Source of the DNA: an uncultured Thiotrichales bacterium
Lineage (GTDB): Bacteria > Pseudomonadota > Gammaproteobacteria > UWMA-0217
Direction: 5' to 3'
Length of the DNA: 64,000 nt
Assembly (NCBI GenBank): GCA_964620675.1
Contig: CAZUJU010000012.1
Span: forward strand, 2,251 to 66,250
How positions within the stretch are numbered: position 1 is the stretch's first letter; the number at the start of each line of letters is the position of its first letter. The notes below the pieces were generated by a model that made no database searches, had not been told where the DNA came from, and was given only the letters and a program-made list of their open reading frames with translations. Of the stretch, positions 27,392-37,845 are shown one piece after another. The translations under genes and the position numbers were made by a program.

Positions 27392-28564
27392 CTACCCAGC
27401 CACATAACTCCCACGTTGAACAATATAGTCACGATAGGCATTGGGATCTCCCGACTTTCCGGCTTCGGCCGCTTTGATAAGATTAAACATTTCACGCGCC
27501 GATACATAATGCAGCGCATATCGCTCACCGTCATTGAAATGGGTTTCAAGATAACGCCACAGCGACTCGAAGCCACCATTGAACAGCATGTCGGAGTTTT
27601 CCTCCATCGCACCGTGCGTGTAGCACTTGACAAAGAGCCACTCCGGCCGCCCTTTCACATGAATGCCACAATCCACCCATAACTTAATCCGACTGGGAAT
27701 CGGAGGTGCCGATGCCGACAGGTCACCATTCTCGATGCGCGGGAATATTCCGTATTTGCGATGTTTCCAGTTGAGCCCCAGCGGACCCTGTATGATCATC
27801 AAATCGCCCACGGGTGCGCCCCCAACGCGCACATCGACGCCATCGTCGTGCGATTTGGGTTGCTCGGGGTTATCGGTCGCATAATATATACTGTTGATTT
27901 TACGGGTCTGGGTCTCACTCGGCGCCGATGGCAACGTAAAATCCGCGTAGCATCCCGTTTCACGTAAAACCGTTAACTCATCATTCACGCCGCAATAACG
28001 CCCGTCGCAGCGCGAATTATCCAACGCCCAGTTACCGTGAATAAACCCATACACCGGTTGACCTGTGTTTGGATCGACCGACGCCGTGCCATGATTTTCG
28101 TGAAGTGCATGCATGAAAGTCAGCAGCTTTTCTCTCAATCCTGCCGAGGTGTCGTGATCATGATGCAAATGGACTTCGACTTCGCCGAGACCCTGACGAC
28201 AGATCTCCGTTACCCCATCAAGGTGCTCACGCTCATATTCTTCCTGCGGGTAAAAAAACGTATGCACCGGGTGCCTGCCATCCGCGTCGACATGCCGCCG
28301 CGCCACCCTTGGATACAAGGCCTTCCAGGTCGCGACGCGCTTTGCCTCGACCGCCGGATCGGGTCGGCCCCATTTGGGCTCGAAATGATCACCGATGCAA
28401 AACATGACATGGGTTACACCGGGAACCTTCGACCGGCGCTGCCGCCGTATCCACGACCAAATCCACTTATCAATATTTTTCGATTTCAACTCTAGCAGCA
28501 TGAGCCAGGCAAACGTGAGCATCGCCAACACCACGCCGGCGCCCAGGATAATTTCAACGTTCAT
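27392..28564 (-). CDS. Hypothetical N-terminally membrane-anchored protein (390 aa), possible divergent polysaccharide-modifying enzyme
   Basis: TM anchor (MNVEIILGAGVVLAMLTFAWLMLLELK), then a His/Cys-rich globular domain (HLHHDHDTS..., HGNWALDNSRCDGRYCG). It lies in the AT-richer central part of the polysaccharide locus. No confident family call. Confidence 0.45.
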   Translation of the reverse strand: MNVEIILGAGVVLAMLTFAWLMLLELKSKNIDKWIWSWIRRQRRSKVPGVTHVMFCIGDHFEPKWGRPDPAVEAKRVATWKALYPRVARRHVDADGRHPVHTFFYPQEEYEREHLDGVTEICRQGLGEVEVHLHHDHDTSAGLREKLLTFMHALHENHGTASVDPNTGQPVYGFIHGNWALDNSRCDGRYCGVNDELTVLRETGCYADFTLPSAPSETQTRKINSIYYATDNPEQPKSHDDGVDVRVGGAPVGDLMIIQGPLGLNWKHRKYGIFPRIENGDLSASAPPIPSRIKLWVDCGIHVKGRPEWLFVKCYTHGAMEENSDMLFNGGFESLWRYLETHFNDGERYALHYVSAREMFNLIKAAEAGKSGDPNAYRDYIVQRGSYVAG

Positions 28565-28732
28565 TCTTCTTTTCGTCCGTCACTAAAGTGGACCTCGACT
28601 GAATTGAGAACCGCGCCGAGACACCGCCCCAATCCACCCTAACGTTTTACAACATACAACCGTCGTTCGTTGACTCAGCTGACACGATTCTCCCGCACCC
28701 TGTATTGCCCCCGCGAAACCACGTTACCGCAT

Positions 28733-30127
28733 TCAATTCAGGATGCGGATCAGGATCCACACCAGCATTATCAACACCACCACGCTGGCCAGTGCCGCCA
28801 GAAGTACTTTTCCGAATGCCAGGTAACACCGGCCTTGCGTGCATATCGACGTGCTCTCAATGGCAAGACCCAGACCCGCTGTTGCCAACGCCTGAATCGC
28901 GAAGACATAGATCGAATAGCTCTGACTCAGAAAAAAGGCACAGACCATCAACCCTGCAAGCGCCATGAAGGCCGTTTCGCCCAACGCCTGCGCTTGTTGC
29001 TCGTTCACCCTCGGCGAGACCCTTGTCGAGGCATCATCACCGACCGATTGCCGTCGACTGACGCCAGCGGTCACCGAAGCGTTTGACCGTGTGTTGCGCC
29101 TGCCCGGTGCCGGCGCGATCTCGACGCCGTTCGCTTCCCCACACCGCGACGCTCCAAACACGCGCGCGAGTCCATACATATTCGCCACCAATAACCCAGT
29201 CCAAAGCACGTATCCGAGAATGCCCACCTCGGCCAGGATCAAGATGAACGAGTTGTGCGCGGTCAGCCAATTAAACTCGACGAAGCGATCATAGCCGACT
29301 CCGAGCACCGGATGTGTGAAGAACATTTGAATACCCGCGTACCACGAGTCCAATCGTCCGACCGACGACGCGTCAGAACCGAACTCCTGCGTGACGCGTA
29401 CACTGATCAATGCGATCAGTACCGGCAACAAAGCGCTACCCAGAATCGCAATCTTGCGTCCGTATTGCTTGTACAAGGCCAACAAGCCGACCAGTCCGAG
29501 GCCAATCATCGCGCCTCGCGAATTCGTGAGGTAAATCGCATACACCAGCAATCCGAGTAGAACCGCATGAACCACGAACTCCAATAGGCCGGAAGAGCGC
29601 CGCCACCAAGCAATATAGACCGGCGCGATACTCACCAGGAACAGACCGAGATCGTTGGGATCACGAAAAATTCCGACGTAAATCCCGCGCTTGACTCCGT
29701 TTTCGACCAGCACCTCAATCCCGGTCCAACCGACCGTAAAGTGATAGACCTGTATCGTATGTAACACGATTGCCAAGCCGAACAGCGCGATGGCTTCCCA
29801 GTACACGCGGACATCCCTCACGGAGCGTGCGGTACTCGCGATGAGAACGAATAGCCACACGCCGGGGAAGAAGGTCTTGATGACATGGTCCAACCCAGAG
29901 AGCCCCGAATTGACCAGACTGGATAAGGCAATGACCAGACTCAGTAGCGCAACAATCAGCATTTGCGGGGTATCGAAGCGCTTGCCGCCCGTAAAAAGCC
30001 ACACCACGGTCGCGAGTGCAAGCGCCAGATTCAATACCGGCAACCCGAACAGGAATGGAACGAACTCCTGAGGTCGGACGAGGATCACGCCGAGAGCAAG
30101 CACGATCCAGGGTGTGACAGGGCTCAT
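28733..30127 (-). CDS. O-antigen ligase / Wzy-type polymerase family membrane protein
   Basis: About 12 TM helices with a large periplasmic loop and Wzy_C-like region (...HNSFILILAEVGILGYVLWTGLLVANMYGL...). The start is uncertain (ORF 28733..30208; internal Met at 30127). The region is AT-richer than the flanks. Confidence 0.65.
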   Translation of the reverse strand: MSPVTPWIVLALGVILVRPQEFVPFLFGLPVLNLALALATVVWLFTGGKRFDTPQMLIVALLSLVIALSSLVNSGLSGLDHVIKTFFPGVWLFVLIASTARSVRDVRVYWEAIALFGLAIVLHTIQVYHFTVGWTGIEVLVENGVKRGIYVGIFRDPNDLGLFLVSIAPVYIAWWRRSSGLLEFVVHAVLLGLLVYAIYLTNSRGAMIGLGLVGLLALYKQYGRKIAILGSALLPVLIALISVRVTQEFGSDASSVGRLDSWYAGIQMFFTHPVLGVGYDRFVEFNWLTAHNSFILILAEVGILGYVLWTGLLVANMYGLARVFGASRCGEANGVEIAPAPGRRNTRSNASVTAGVSRRQSVGDDASTRVSPRVNEQQAQALGETAFMALAGLMVCAFFLSQSYSIYVFAIQALATAGLGLAIESTSICTQGRCYLAFGKVLLAALASVVVLIMLVWILIRILN

Positions 30128-30208
30128 CGCTTCGCATCGAAGCGCCGCGGAGGACCGTTGCTTGACTGAGGGGCTCGAATGCGTCGCCACTGACGTTTCG
30201 GCTGGCAT

Positions 30209-31342
30209 TTAGCTGCGCTTCCAACGCACGTCGGCAGATCCGCCCAAATAGCGTACCAAACCAACGACAGACGCCAGATTGAGTGCGGCAAACGCGTAGC
30301 AAAAGCCGAGCGCTCTGTGTTCGCGTAATCGCTTAGACGTAAGACCCAACAAAGCGATCAATACAAACACCAACATGATTGCCAGCACCGTGTCGTAAAA
30401 TGCGCCTTGTAAAAGCCACGCGGAGACAAGCGTAGCGACAAAAAAATACGGCAACAACAAACGAAAAACCTTGTGTGATAAGAACTGGATCCAGATTGGA
30501 TTCTGCCGCGGATCGAACAACCACAAATTTCGGACAAATGACTGATAGTTACCGGCCAGAGTACGGATTTTTCGCTCCCGCTCGCGCGACACACCGTGGC
30601 GAACCTCGTCCACTGCCTGCGCGTTCTCGCAAAGCACGATCCGCTTTCCCTTGCGAAGCACGCGGATTGGGATCTCGAAATCGTCGAGTAGGGTGTCTTC
30701 TGGAATTGGCGCGAAATCACTTGCACGAATGGCGTATAAGGCACCACTTGCCCCCGCGGTCGAATGCACCACGGCTTCCGCCTTACGAATCCACGCCTCG
30801 TAGCGCCAATACATCCCGACATTCTCTGATTCGCCAGCCGCGCTGGTACGTTGCACCAGAGTCCCGCCAGCAACGCCGACCTCGGGCGCCAGCAAACAAC
30901 CGACGAGGGCGCTCACCGCGCCTCGATTCAGCGGTTGACGCGCGTCGGTGAAGACCAGGATTTCGGCATCGATCTGCGACGCTGCAAGATTCAATGCACT
31001 CGGTTTGCCGAACCGCTCTCGCCTGTGGAGCGCACGAACCTGCCCCGCGTAACGCGCCAATATCGAAGCAGTTTCATCGGTTGATCCGTCAGAAACCACC
31101 CATAGCGACAGCTTGTGCACAGGGTAATCTTGCGCGAGTAGCGAATCCAGCTTGCGCGCCAACGCTTGTGCTTCGTTGTAAGCTGCGATCACCACGCCGA
31201 CGCTTGGAAGCGTGTCCCGCGCGGATTCCCCTGTTCGTGGATCCCGAGTGCGTAGTCGCGCCAAGAGATTCACGAGTACGGGATAGCCAACGAGTGTATA
31301 GGCGATCAATAACGCGCTGCACCAGAATATTGTACTGATCAT
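30209..31342 (-). CDS. Glycosyltransferase family 2 with C-terminal TM helices
   Basis: VVIAAYNEAQALARKLDSLLAQDYP...LWVVSDGSTDETASIL...ILVFTDARQ contains the GT2 DxD motif. Four C-terminal TM helices are present. Confidence 0.8.
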   Translation of the reverse strand: MISTIFWCSALLIAYTLVGYPVLVNLLARLRTRDPRTGESARDTLPSVGVVIAAYNEAQALARKLDSLLAQDYPVHKLSLWVVSDGSTDETASILARYAGQVRALHRRERFGKPSALNLAASQIDAEILVFTDARQPLNRGAVSALVGCLLAPEVGVAGGTLVQRTSAAGESENVGMYWRYEAWIRKAEAVVHSTAGASGALYAIRASDFAPIPEDTLLDDFEIPIRVLRKGKRIVLCENAQAVDEVRHGVSRERERKIRTLAGNYQSFVRNLWLFDPRQNPIWIQFLSHKVFRLLLPYFFVATLVSAWLLQGAFYDTVLAIMLVFVLIALLGLTSKRLREHRALGFCYAFAALNLASVVGLVRYLGGSADVRWKRS

Positions 31343-31402
31343 TGCGCGCTGTCCCGCGCTGGTCCGCGGCTCCGCGCATCATTCATGTCGCTTGCCATGA
31401 TT

Positions 31403-32278
31403 TCAACGCGCTCGGTAATAGTCGGGTTCCGCCACCTGGGAACGGTTGAGAATGAACCCTATCGATCGATCGGAGGGAAGCTTCTCTTCAAGCCCGGCAA
31501 GACTGTCCATCATTGTTGTCCCGGCGGCACAGACGATTGCGATTTGACCTGCCAAATGCGCGAGGACGCTTGCGGAAGTGTGCTGCAACAGCGGTGGACA
31601 ATCGATCACAATCACAGTGGGGCGCTTTCCCTGCGAGAATTGGCTAATGATTTGTTTCATTCGCGAGGTTGCGATCAATTCCTCGGCGTCGTTACGCTGA
31701 CTACCGGCCGGTATCACAAACAGGGACGGCAAGGCGCGGTCAACGTAGAGCGCTTGGCGGATCGCATCGGCATCACCGGCGAGGACATCGGACAAGCCAA
31801 AGCGGCCGGCGATCCCGAACGCCTTGGAGAGCCCGCGACACTCCAAATCGCCGTCGATCAACAGCACGTTCAATTCCTTTTCGGCTGCCAGACTGAGCGC
31901 AAGGTTCGCCGCGGTGAACGTCTTTCCCTCCCCCTCGTAAGCGCTGGTGATCGCGATCACGTTGCGTGCCTTGAGGGGACTATCAGAATCAAACGCCAAC
32001 CCAAGAATCGCCCGCTTGATCCTACGGAACTGCTGCGCCAACGCGACATCCGACAACACCTTGCCCGGCCCAGCGGTTAGTCGACCTGCACCGAGGCCGA
32101 AGTCAACGAGGTTGATCGACAATGGCTCCGCGCGGGTCTGCGCAGGAATGGTCCGCGGCTTCTCCGGGGTCGCTGCACGATTCCCGGCACTCTGGCGAAC
32201 GGTTTCCAGGTAAACGACGTCGCTTTCACGCTTGGCGTGAGATCCGACCTTATCCATACCCTTGGCGAAGATACTCAT
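31403..32278 (-). CDS. Polysaccharide-biosynthesis tyrosine autokinase (BY-kinase cytoplasmic domain; split Wzc, EpsG-like)
   Basis: Walker A-like ITSAYEGEGKTFTAANLALSLA, Walker B LLIDGDL, and a Tyr-rich C-terminus (EPDYYRAR). The start is taken as the internal Met (MSIFAKGMDKV), 9 nt after the stop of the upstream chain-length determinant. Confidence 0.75.
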   Translation of the reverse strand: MSIFAKGMDKVGSHAKRESDVVYLETVRQSAGNRAATPEKPRTIPAQTRAEPLSINLVDFGLGAGRLTAGPGKVLSDVALAQQFRRIKRAILGLAFDSDSPLKARNVIAITSAYEGEGKTFTAANLALSLAAEKELNVLLIDGDLECRGLSKAFGIAGRFGLSDVLAGDADAIRQALYVDRALPSLFVIPAGSQRNDAEELIATSRMKQIISQFSQGKRPTVIVIDCPPLLQHTSASVLAHLAGQIAIVCAAGTTMMDSLAGLEEKLPSDRSIGFILNRSQVAEPDYYRAR

Positions 32279-32286
32279 AAACTGAC

Positions 32287-33801
32287 TCAGCCCCCGAAAA
32301 TCGATTGGATCAAGTGAGACCGTTGGGCCACCAGGACAAACGCAAACAGTGCGAAAAGGGTAATCCATGCCGCCGAAAGCGACAGACTCCGCGCAAGACG
32401 CGCCACATGGTCAGATTTGCGCGGCAATTCCGTGATCATACCCAGCACATTTCCGTAGCCCAACGTCCGTAAATCGGAAATATTTCGAACCACGCGCCGT
32501 AATTGGCTCAGAACGGAAACGCTCAACAAGCCCATCCCGAGCGCCGCGGCCATGACGCCCAGATTCAGAATCAGGCGGTTGGGACTCCCTGCCACAATGG
32601 GTACGTTCGGCGTTTCAATAACACGAAACTGGAGATCTTCGGCGCTATGGTCAGCTTGTCTAGCGAGCAACGCGGCCTCCCGGCGCTGAACCAGTCCCTC
32701 GTAGGTTTTTTTGACGACGTCGTAGTCCCGATCGAGTTGCGCGACCTCTGCCTCGACCCTGAGCGCGACACTGATTTTCTGGTTTAGACCCTCTACCTGC
32801 TGTTCGAAGGCGGCAACTCGCACCCGCGCCGCATCGAGTTCGCCTTGGGCTTTGCCGGTCTCGACGTCGAGATCCCGCATCGAGATCGCCTGCATCGCAT
32901 CTTCCGCACCGAACGAACCCATCCGCCCATTGGTATTGTCGTGCCCGGCCTCACGCGCTTGTGTAATACGGTCCATCAGCGCGACGACATCGGGATGACG
33001 ATCAGTGTATCGGGAACGCAATGCGTGCAGTTCCTGTTCGAGATGCTCGACAGGACCGCGCGCGAGTTTTGTGGCGCGTGTTGCGGACCGCGCCTTGAGC
33101 GCGTCAACACGCTTGACCGCTTCCGCGTACTGAATACGCGCCAAATTCAACTCGTTACTTCTCTGATTAAGCTGCGAGATATTGGTCTCCCCGGCGCCTG
33201 GAAGGAGGCCATAGTTTTCACTTTTAAACTCCTTGAGGCGCGTCTCCGCTTCGGCAAGCTTGCGTTCATAGTCGGCGATTTCCCGCTGAAGAAAATCTTG
33301 TGCCAACTGCGCATCCTTACGGGTCGCTCCCAAAGTACCTTCAATAAACAGATTGATCAGCGTCTGCACGACGTCTCGCGCGACAACGGGATCGCGGTCT
33401 CTGAATCCGAATTTAAAGATACGATTCTTGACGTCTTCTTCGATACGCAGCTGACCGATGATCTCCCGCATCAGGACTTCTTTTTCACGCTCGGAACCGA
33501 CTCTAAGCCCAAGATCCGTCGATTGGATTAAGGTCTCAAGATATGGCCGACTGGTGAGCGTGCGATGAATGATCGAGACCATCTCGTTACGCAGTTCACT
33601 TTCTGCCGCCAGCCCCTTCAGCAACGGCCCCATGACCGATTCGCCCTGCATATGCAGACGCGCGGTGGACTCGTATTTATCCGGCAGGGTATACACGACC
33701 CCCCAACCGACAATACAAGCGATCGCGGTTATCCAGAAAAGCAGCCACGGGAAACGCTTGATAGCGTAAAGAGCGTCGTTTATCGAAGCGAGGTGATTCA
33801 T
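32287..33801 (-). CDS. Polysaccharide chain-length determinant protein (Wzz/GumC-like; periplasmic half of split Wzc, EpsF-like)
   Basis: N-terminal TM (FPWLLFWITAIACIVGWGVVYTLP), a long coiled-coil periplasmic domain, and a C-terminal TM (...AAWITLFALFAFVLVAQ). Confidence 0.75.
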   Translation of the reverse strand: MNHLASINDALYAIKRFPWLLFWITAIACIVGWGVVYTLPDKYESTARLHMQGESVMGPLLKGLAAESELRNEMVSIIHRTLTSRPYLETLIQSTDLGLRVGSEREKEVLMREIIGQLRIEEDVKNRIFKFGFRDRDPVVARDVVQTLINLFIEGTLGATRKDAQLAQDFLQREIADYERKLAEAETRLKEFKSENYGLLPGAGETNISQLNQRSNELNLARIQYAEAVKRVDALKARSATRATKLARGPVEHLEQELHALRSRYTDRHPDVVALMDRITQAREAGHDNTNGRMGSFGAEDAMQAISMRDLDVETGKAQGELDAARVRVAAFEQQVEGLNQKISVALRVEAEVAQLDRDYDVVKKTYEGLVQRREAALLARQADHSAEDLQFRVIETPNVPIVAGSPNRLILNLGVMAAALGMGLLSVSVLSQLRRVVRNISDLRTLGYGNVLGMITELPRKSDHVARLARSLSLSAAWITLFALFAFVLVAQRSHLIQSIFGG

Positions 33802-33987
33802 TTCAACGTCTAACCGAGTTCAATCATTAGGTTACCGAGCGCAGAGACCGAATACCCGGGAACGCCGCTTGCGCGATCAGGATTGTGCCGCTGGCCGCAA
33901 TGTAAACGGTCCAGTTTAGGCAGAACCCTCGCGCCAAAGTTCATGCGCAACGCCCGGTCAGCCCGCATGTCCAAGAATTCGCGACCA

Positions 33988-35946
33988 CTATCGCAGTTCA
34001 TTAAACGACTTCGAGGCGCGTTGCCTGCGTCCCGCGCGCCACCGCACTGCGATCGCGAGCATCATCGCCGCAATCGCCCATGGCGGGGGCAACGAAGGCG
34101 AATGCAAAGGACGATAAATGAGCGGCTTGTCAGGCGATTCCTCAATCGAGGCAGACTGTCGCAAACCGATATCTTGTGAGGTGGCGGCGAACACAACATC
34201 GCCAAAAGTCGACCAAGGTGCGAATGTCGAATCCTGAAACTCAGATTGAGCAAATGAATGAGACGGCACAAATCCCTGCGTGACGACGCCCCAGGCGGTA
34301 AACTGGCGCCCTCGGCCGAGCCAGTCGGCGCCACCGTTCAAATCCGTTACGCCGTGTGCAAGGATATCCAGATCGTGCCCGGAGGTGGGTAAATCCGCGC
34401 GACGCAACTCCGTAAGTGCCAATCGCCTGGCGAGTGTTTCATCCAGCTGGCGAGCGCCTTCGCCGTCTCCAGACAGCGCCTTGAGCGACGCCGCCAAGGC
34501 GAGTTCCTCGGCAGTCACACCGGCGGCGTCAAGCGGAGGCAATGCGGACACCGCACCGCGCCAATCAAAATTCGCAATCGCTACCGCGACCCGCGACGAT
34601 GCGGCGCACGACGCAACCCCTGTCGAGGTCCAAGCTGGCTCGCCCGCACTGATGGCAGAGTTATTGATCAGGCGTAAGGCGAGCGCCGTGTTCAAACAGC
34701 CCTCATCGGCGCCGACGCTTTCGCCAATCGCTGCGATGTGTAGCGCCCCATCGGTCTTGGCGGCATCCCCAAGCACGTTTTGCACGAGCGCCGTGAGGCG
34801 CGCATCGGCTGCAGTAGGGCGTTGCAGACTTGATAGATAAGATGTGGCCGACCGCAGGTCGCCCTGGAGTACGTTTAACCTTGCCAGGTCACCACGAGCA
34901 GCGTGATCGTCCGGGAAACGATAAATGATACGCTGTAGAAAATGCCCCGCCTGCTCGAACCGACCGAGCTCGACGCCGATCCGTGCCAGATACCGGAGCG
35001 ATGGATGGTGACCCGGCAGGCGCCTGACGACCCTCAACAAGCGCTGTTGCGCCACATCGAATCGTTTGCGCTCGAATGCGATCACGCCACTCAGAAAATT
35101 GGCCGTGAGGTCGTCCGGATCTTGCTCGAACACGCTCTCCAGCTGTGCTTCCGCCAAATCGAAACGCCCGGCGCGACGGTTGAGCTCGACGACCCAAAGC
35201 CGGGCCAGGCGCGCACTACGCGACGCGACCGCGCCCTCGTCGGATCCAAGAATTCGGGAAAAGCTCGCCAACGCCTCGGCGTTCTCGCCCCGCACGAGGT
35301 GAATGCGCGCCGTCAGGTTTTCGAGATCGCGCGCGTCGGGATAAGCGGTGCGCGCGGTTTCGAGTACCGCCAGCGCCTCGCTTGATCGCATCTCTCGCAA
35401 CAGCGCCGACACCTCGGCGAGGTAGACCTCGAGCGCGGTCGGGTCGAGTGCTCGGGCACTCGCCAGCGCCGACTGGGCCTCCGCGATACGCCCGCTCGCC
35501 CACAATGCCTGGGCTCGAATGGCGTGCAAGTCTGACACAGCGTCAGTCGGCAACGTCGATTCACCGAAGTCCTCCTGCAACAGGCGCGCGTAATCACCCT
35601 GAACCAACATCGCCTTCGCCAGTGCCGGCGCGGCAAGACGAGGCGCCCAGCCCGCGGCCAGGGCGCGTCGCAAATCGCGCTCGGCGCCGACCGGCTCGCC
35701 GGACTCCAGCGCGTATAGGCCCAGTTGATACCTTGCCTCTGCGTGGTCAGGATCACGCGCCAGAATTTGCCGCAAGTGCTTGGCATCCGGCACGACACCG
35801 TCAAACGTTACGCGATTAGCGACCGTCGGCCCAACCTCGGAAAAGAGAACTTGCCAAACCATTCCGAGCAGCGCCAAGGCGGCGCACGCCAAGCCTCCGG
35901 CGATTAATATCCGCTGGCGGCGAGCGTGATTAGCCGGCATGACCAA
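33988..35946 (-). CDS. TPR-repeat protein with N-terminal signal-anchor (PEP-CTERM-locus PrsT-like), unusual hydrophobic/Arg-rich C-terminal tail
   Basis: 652 aa. N-terminal anchor RRQRILIAGGLACAALALLGMVWQVLF and multiple TPR-like repeats. The C-terminus reads ...LPPPWAIAAMMLAIAVRWRAGRRQRASKSFNELR. Confidence 0.7.
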   Translation of the reverse strand: MVMPANHARRQRILIAGGLACAALALLGMVWQVLFSEVGPTVANRVTFDGVVPDAKHLRQILARDPDHAEARYQLGLYALESGEPVGAERDLRRALAAGWAPRLAAPALAKAMLVQGDYARLLQEDFGESTLPTDAVSDLHAIRAQALWASGRIAEAQSALASARALDPTALEVYLAEVSALLREMRSSEALAVLETARTAYPDARDLENLTARIHLVRGENAEALASFSRILGSDEGAVASRSARLARLWVVELNRRAGRFDLAEAQLESVFEQDPDDLTANFLSGVIAFERKRFDVAQQRLLRVVRRLPGHHPSLRYLARIGVELGRFEQAGHFLQRIIYRFPDDHAARGDLARLNVLQGDLRSATSYLSSLQRPTAADARLTALVQNVLGDAAKTDGALHIAAIGESVGADEGCLNTALALRLINNSAISAGEPAWTSTGVASCAASSRVAVAIANFDWRGAVSALPPLDAAGVTAEELALAASLKALSGDGEGARQLDETLARRLALTELRRADLPTSGHDLDILAHGVTDLNGGADWLGRGRQFTAWGVVTQGFVPSHSFAQSEFQDSTFAPWSTFGDVVFAATSQDIGLRQSASIEESPDKPLIYRPLHSPSLPPPWAIAAMMLAIAVRWRAGRRQRASKSFNELR

Positions 35947-37087
35947 TCGCGGCGGTTCGGCTCACATCAGTTCCGCTCGACTCACCGATGAATGCGGCAT
36001 CGTATTCCGCCTGCATCGTATCCAGCGAGAAGTGCTTGATGACATGAGCGCGCGAAGCCGTTCCGCAGTCATCGCGCCAGCTCGGCGACACCCACGCGCC
36101 GTGCATGGCCTGCGCCAGCGCCGCGACGTTTCCGGGCGGCACCAATGCGCCTACCGTCGAATCTAATACTTCCGGAATCCCTCCGACCGCGGTCGCGATA
36201 CACGGCTTACCCGTACTCATCGCCTCCAACAGCACGAGGGGCACCCCTTCAAGACGCGAGGAGGAAACTACCACATCCAGGTTACGCAGCAGCTCGGAAA
36301 TATCGCTGCGCGCTCCCAATAAATGTACCCGGGGCTGAATTCCAAGCGCGGCACAACGTGCCTCAACTGCGGCGCGCTCGGGACCGTCTCCGATCATAAT
36401 CAGGCTATGATCGTTCTGAGTATCGCCACAGAGCCGGGCATAGGCTTCCAGCAATGTCGGCAGATCCTTGACCGGCTGCATCCTCCCCAACCATCCAAAC
36501 AGAACTTGTTGTTGCGGCATCCCCAACTCCGCTCTCAAATTCACGCCCGTCTTGCCGGGTGTAAACTTGCGCGTATCGACTCCGTTATAAATCGTGTGCA
36601 CCCGATTGCCGGGCACGCCGATCTCGTCGATGAACATCCGTCGCAGACGCTCATGAATCACGGTCACACAATCGGCCTTGCGGGCAATCCGCCGGGCCGT
36701 ATCGAGATACCCAGGGACATCGCGATACTCGTGATCCGAGTGCTCCGTCAGCACGATTCGGCGAACTCCGGCAAGGCGCGCGGGCCAATAAATCCGCTGA
36801 AACACGAACAGATGGTGCGCGTGCACAATATCGAAGCGTTCGCGCTTCAGATAGCGATACAACGCGTAATTGAATGCATATTTGGAGAAACGGTTTCGCG
36901 TTTCAAAGTTAAAGCCACGACAAGGGATGCCGAGCGCTTCTAGTTGAACGCTGATCGGGCCTTCGTCGGTGTGGGTAGCGATAACGTTAACCTGATGCCC
37001 CTCCGTCACGAAACGCTCCGCCAGGGTTGCCGCGAGTCGCTCCGATCCGCCAATTCGAAACGAGTAGATCGCCTCCAGAATCTTCAT
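35930..37087 (-). CDS. Glycosyltransferase family 4
   Basis: The start is the internal Met MKILEAIYSFRIGGSERLA (ATG ending at 37087); the upstream 67 codons of ORF 35930..37288 are Arg-rich junk. Contains ...SSRLEGVPLVLLEAMSTGKPCIATAVGGIPEVL (E(x7)E). Confidence 0.8.
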   Translation of the reverse strand: MKILEAIYSFRIGGSERLAATLAERFVTEGHQVNVIATHTDEGPISVQLEALGIPCRGFNFETRNRFSKYAFNYALYRYLKRERFDIVHAHHLFVFQRIYWPARLAGVRRIVLTEHSDHEYRDVPGYLDTARRIARKADCVTVIHERLRRMFIDEIGVPGNRVHTIYNGVDTRKFTPGKTGVNLRAELGMPQQQVLFGWLGRMQPVKDLPTLLEAYARLCGDTQNDHSLIMIGDGPERAAVEARCAALGIQPRVHLLGARSDISELLRNLDVVVSSSRLEGVPLVLLEAMSTGKPCIATAVGGIPEVLDSTVGALVPPGNVAALAQAMHGAWVSPSWRDDCGTASRAHVIKHFSLDTMQAEYDAAFIGESSGTDVSRTAAIGHAG

Positions 37088-37845
37088 GGTGCGCGCTCCC
37101 CGGTCTCGGGGCCTTCGAGTTCCGGAAAATAATGGCGGTACTGGTCCAGGCGTTTTACGACCCGCGCCGGATTTCCCGCGACCACGGTCAGAGGTTCGAC
37201 GTCGCGGGTAACCACCGAGCCGGCGCCGACGACCGCGCCTTTGCCGATCGTGACATTTTTTAAAATGATGCTGTGACTGCCGATCCATGCGTAGTCATCG
37301 ACCCGAATCGCGCCTCCGCCGCTCGCGTCCGGTGGTTCGTTATTGGCACGACGAATCGGATCGAGCGGATGTGAATCATACCCGGCGAAAAAAACCTCGT
37401 TTGCAACCAGAACATGATTACCAAACGACACCTTGTCGGAAATGAAAATACAGGTCTTGTAGCCTAGGTAGGTGTGATCGCCGATCTCAAGTGTTGGGTT
37501 GGGGTGAAGCTTGCCGCCGGCGACGACCATTTCACCTTCAAGTCCGACGTGATCGCCGATCTGGATATCCACCGGGCCGAAGACCTTCGGGATACCATCG
37601 AAGAGTCTTAGCCTTGCGCCACAGCGACTACAGTAAGTCCGAAATACCGGTTCGTTGTAGATGTAGTTCTTGAACCAACGCCAACTGAACCGACGCACGT
37701 CACGTTCCCAGCGCAAGGGGCGGTATAGCTGTGAAGGCAACGGCACATTCGCATGAAATGCGGCCTTTGCGAAACGGTAGATGCCGTCATAAAACGGCGT
37801 TTCGCGCGCCACGATTTTTCTGCGTAGTTCTGCGGTAATACCCAT
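37084..37845 (-). CDS. Hexapeptide-repeat (LbH) O-acetyltransferase
   Basis: Left-handed beta-helix repeats IGDHVGLEGEMVVAGG, IGDHTYLGYKTCIFIS, VSFGNHVLVANEV, IGSHSIILKNVTIGKGAVVGAGSVV. The start is taken at the internal Met MGITAELRRK (ATG ending at 37845). Confidence 0.75.
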   Translation of the reverse strand: MGITAELRRKIVARETPFYDGIYRFAKAAFHANVPLPSQLYRPLRWERDVRRFSWRWFKNYIYNEPVFRTYCSRCGARLRLFDGIPKVFGPVDIQIGDHVGLEGEMVVAGGKLHPNPTLEIGDHTYLGYKTCIFISDKVSFGNHVLVANEVFFAGYDSHPLDPIRRANNEPPDASGGGAIRVDDYAWIGSHSIILKNVTIGKGAVVGAGSVVTRDVEPLTVVAGNPARVVKRLDQYRHYFPELEGPETGERAP

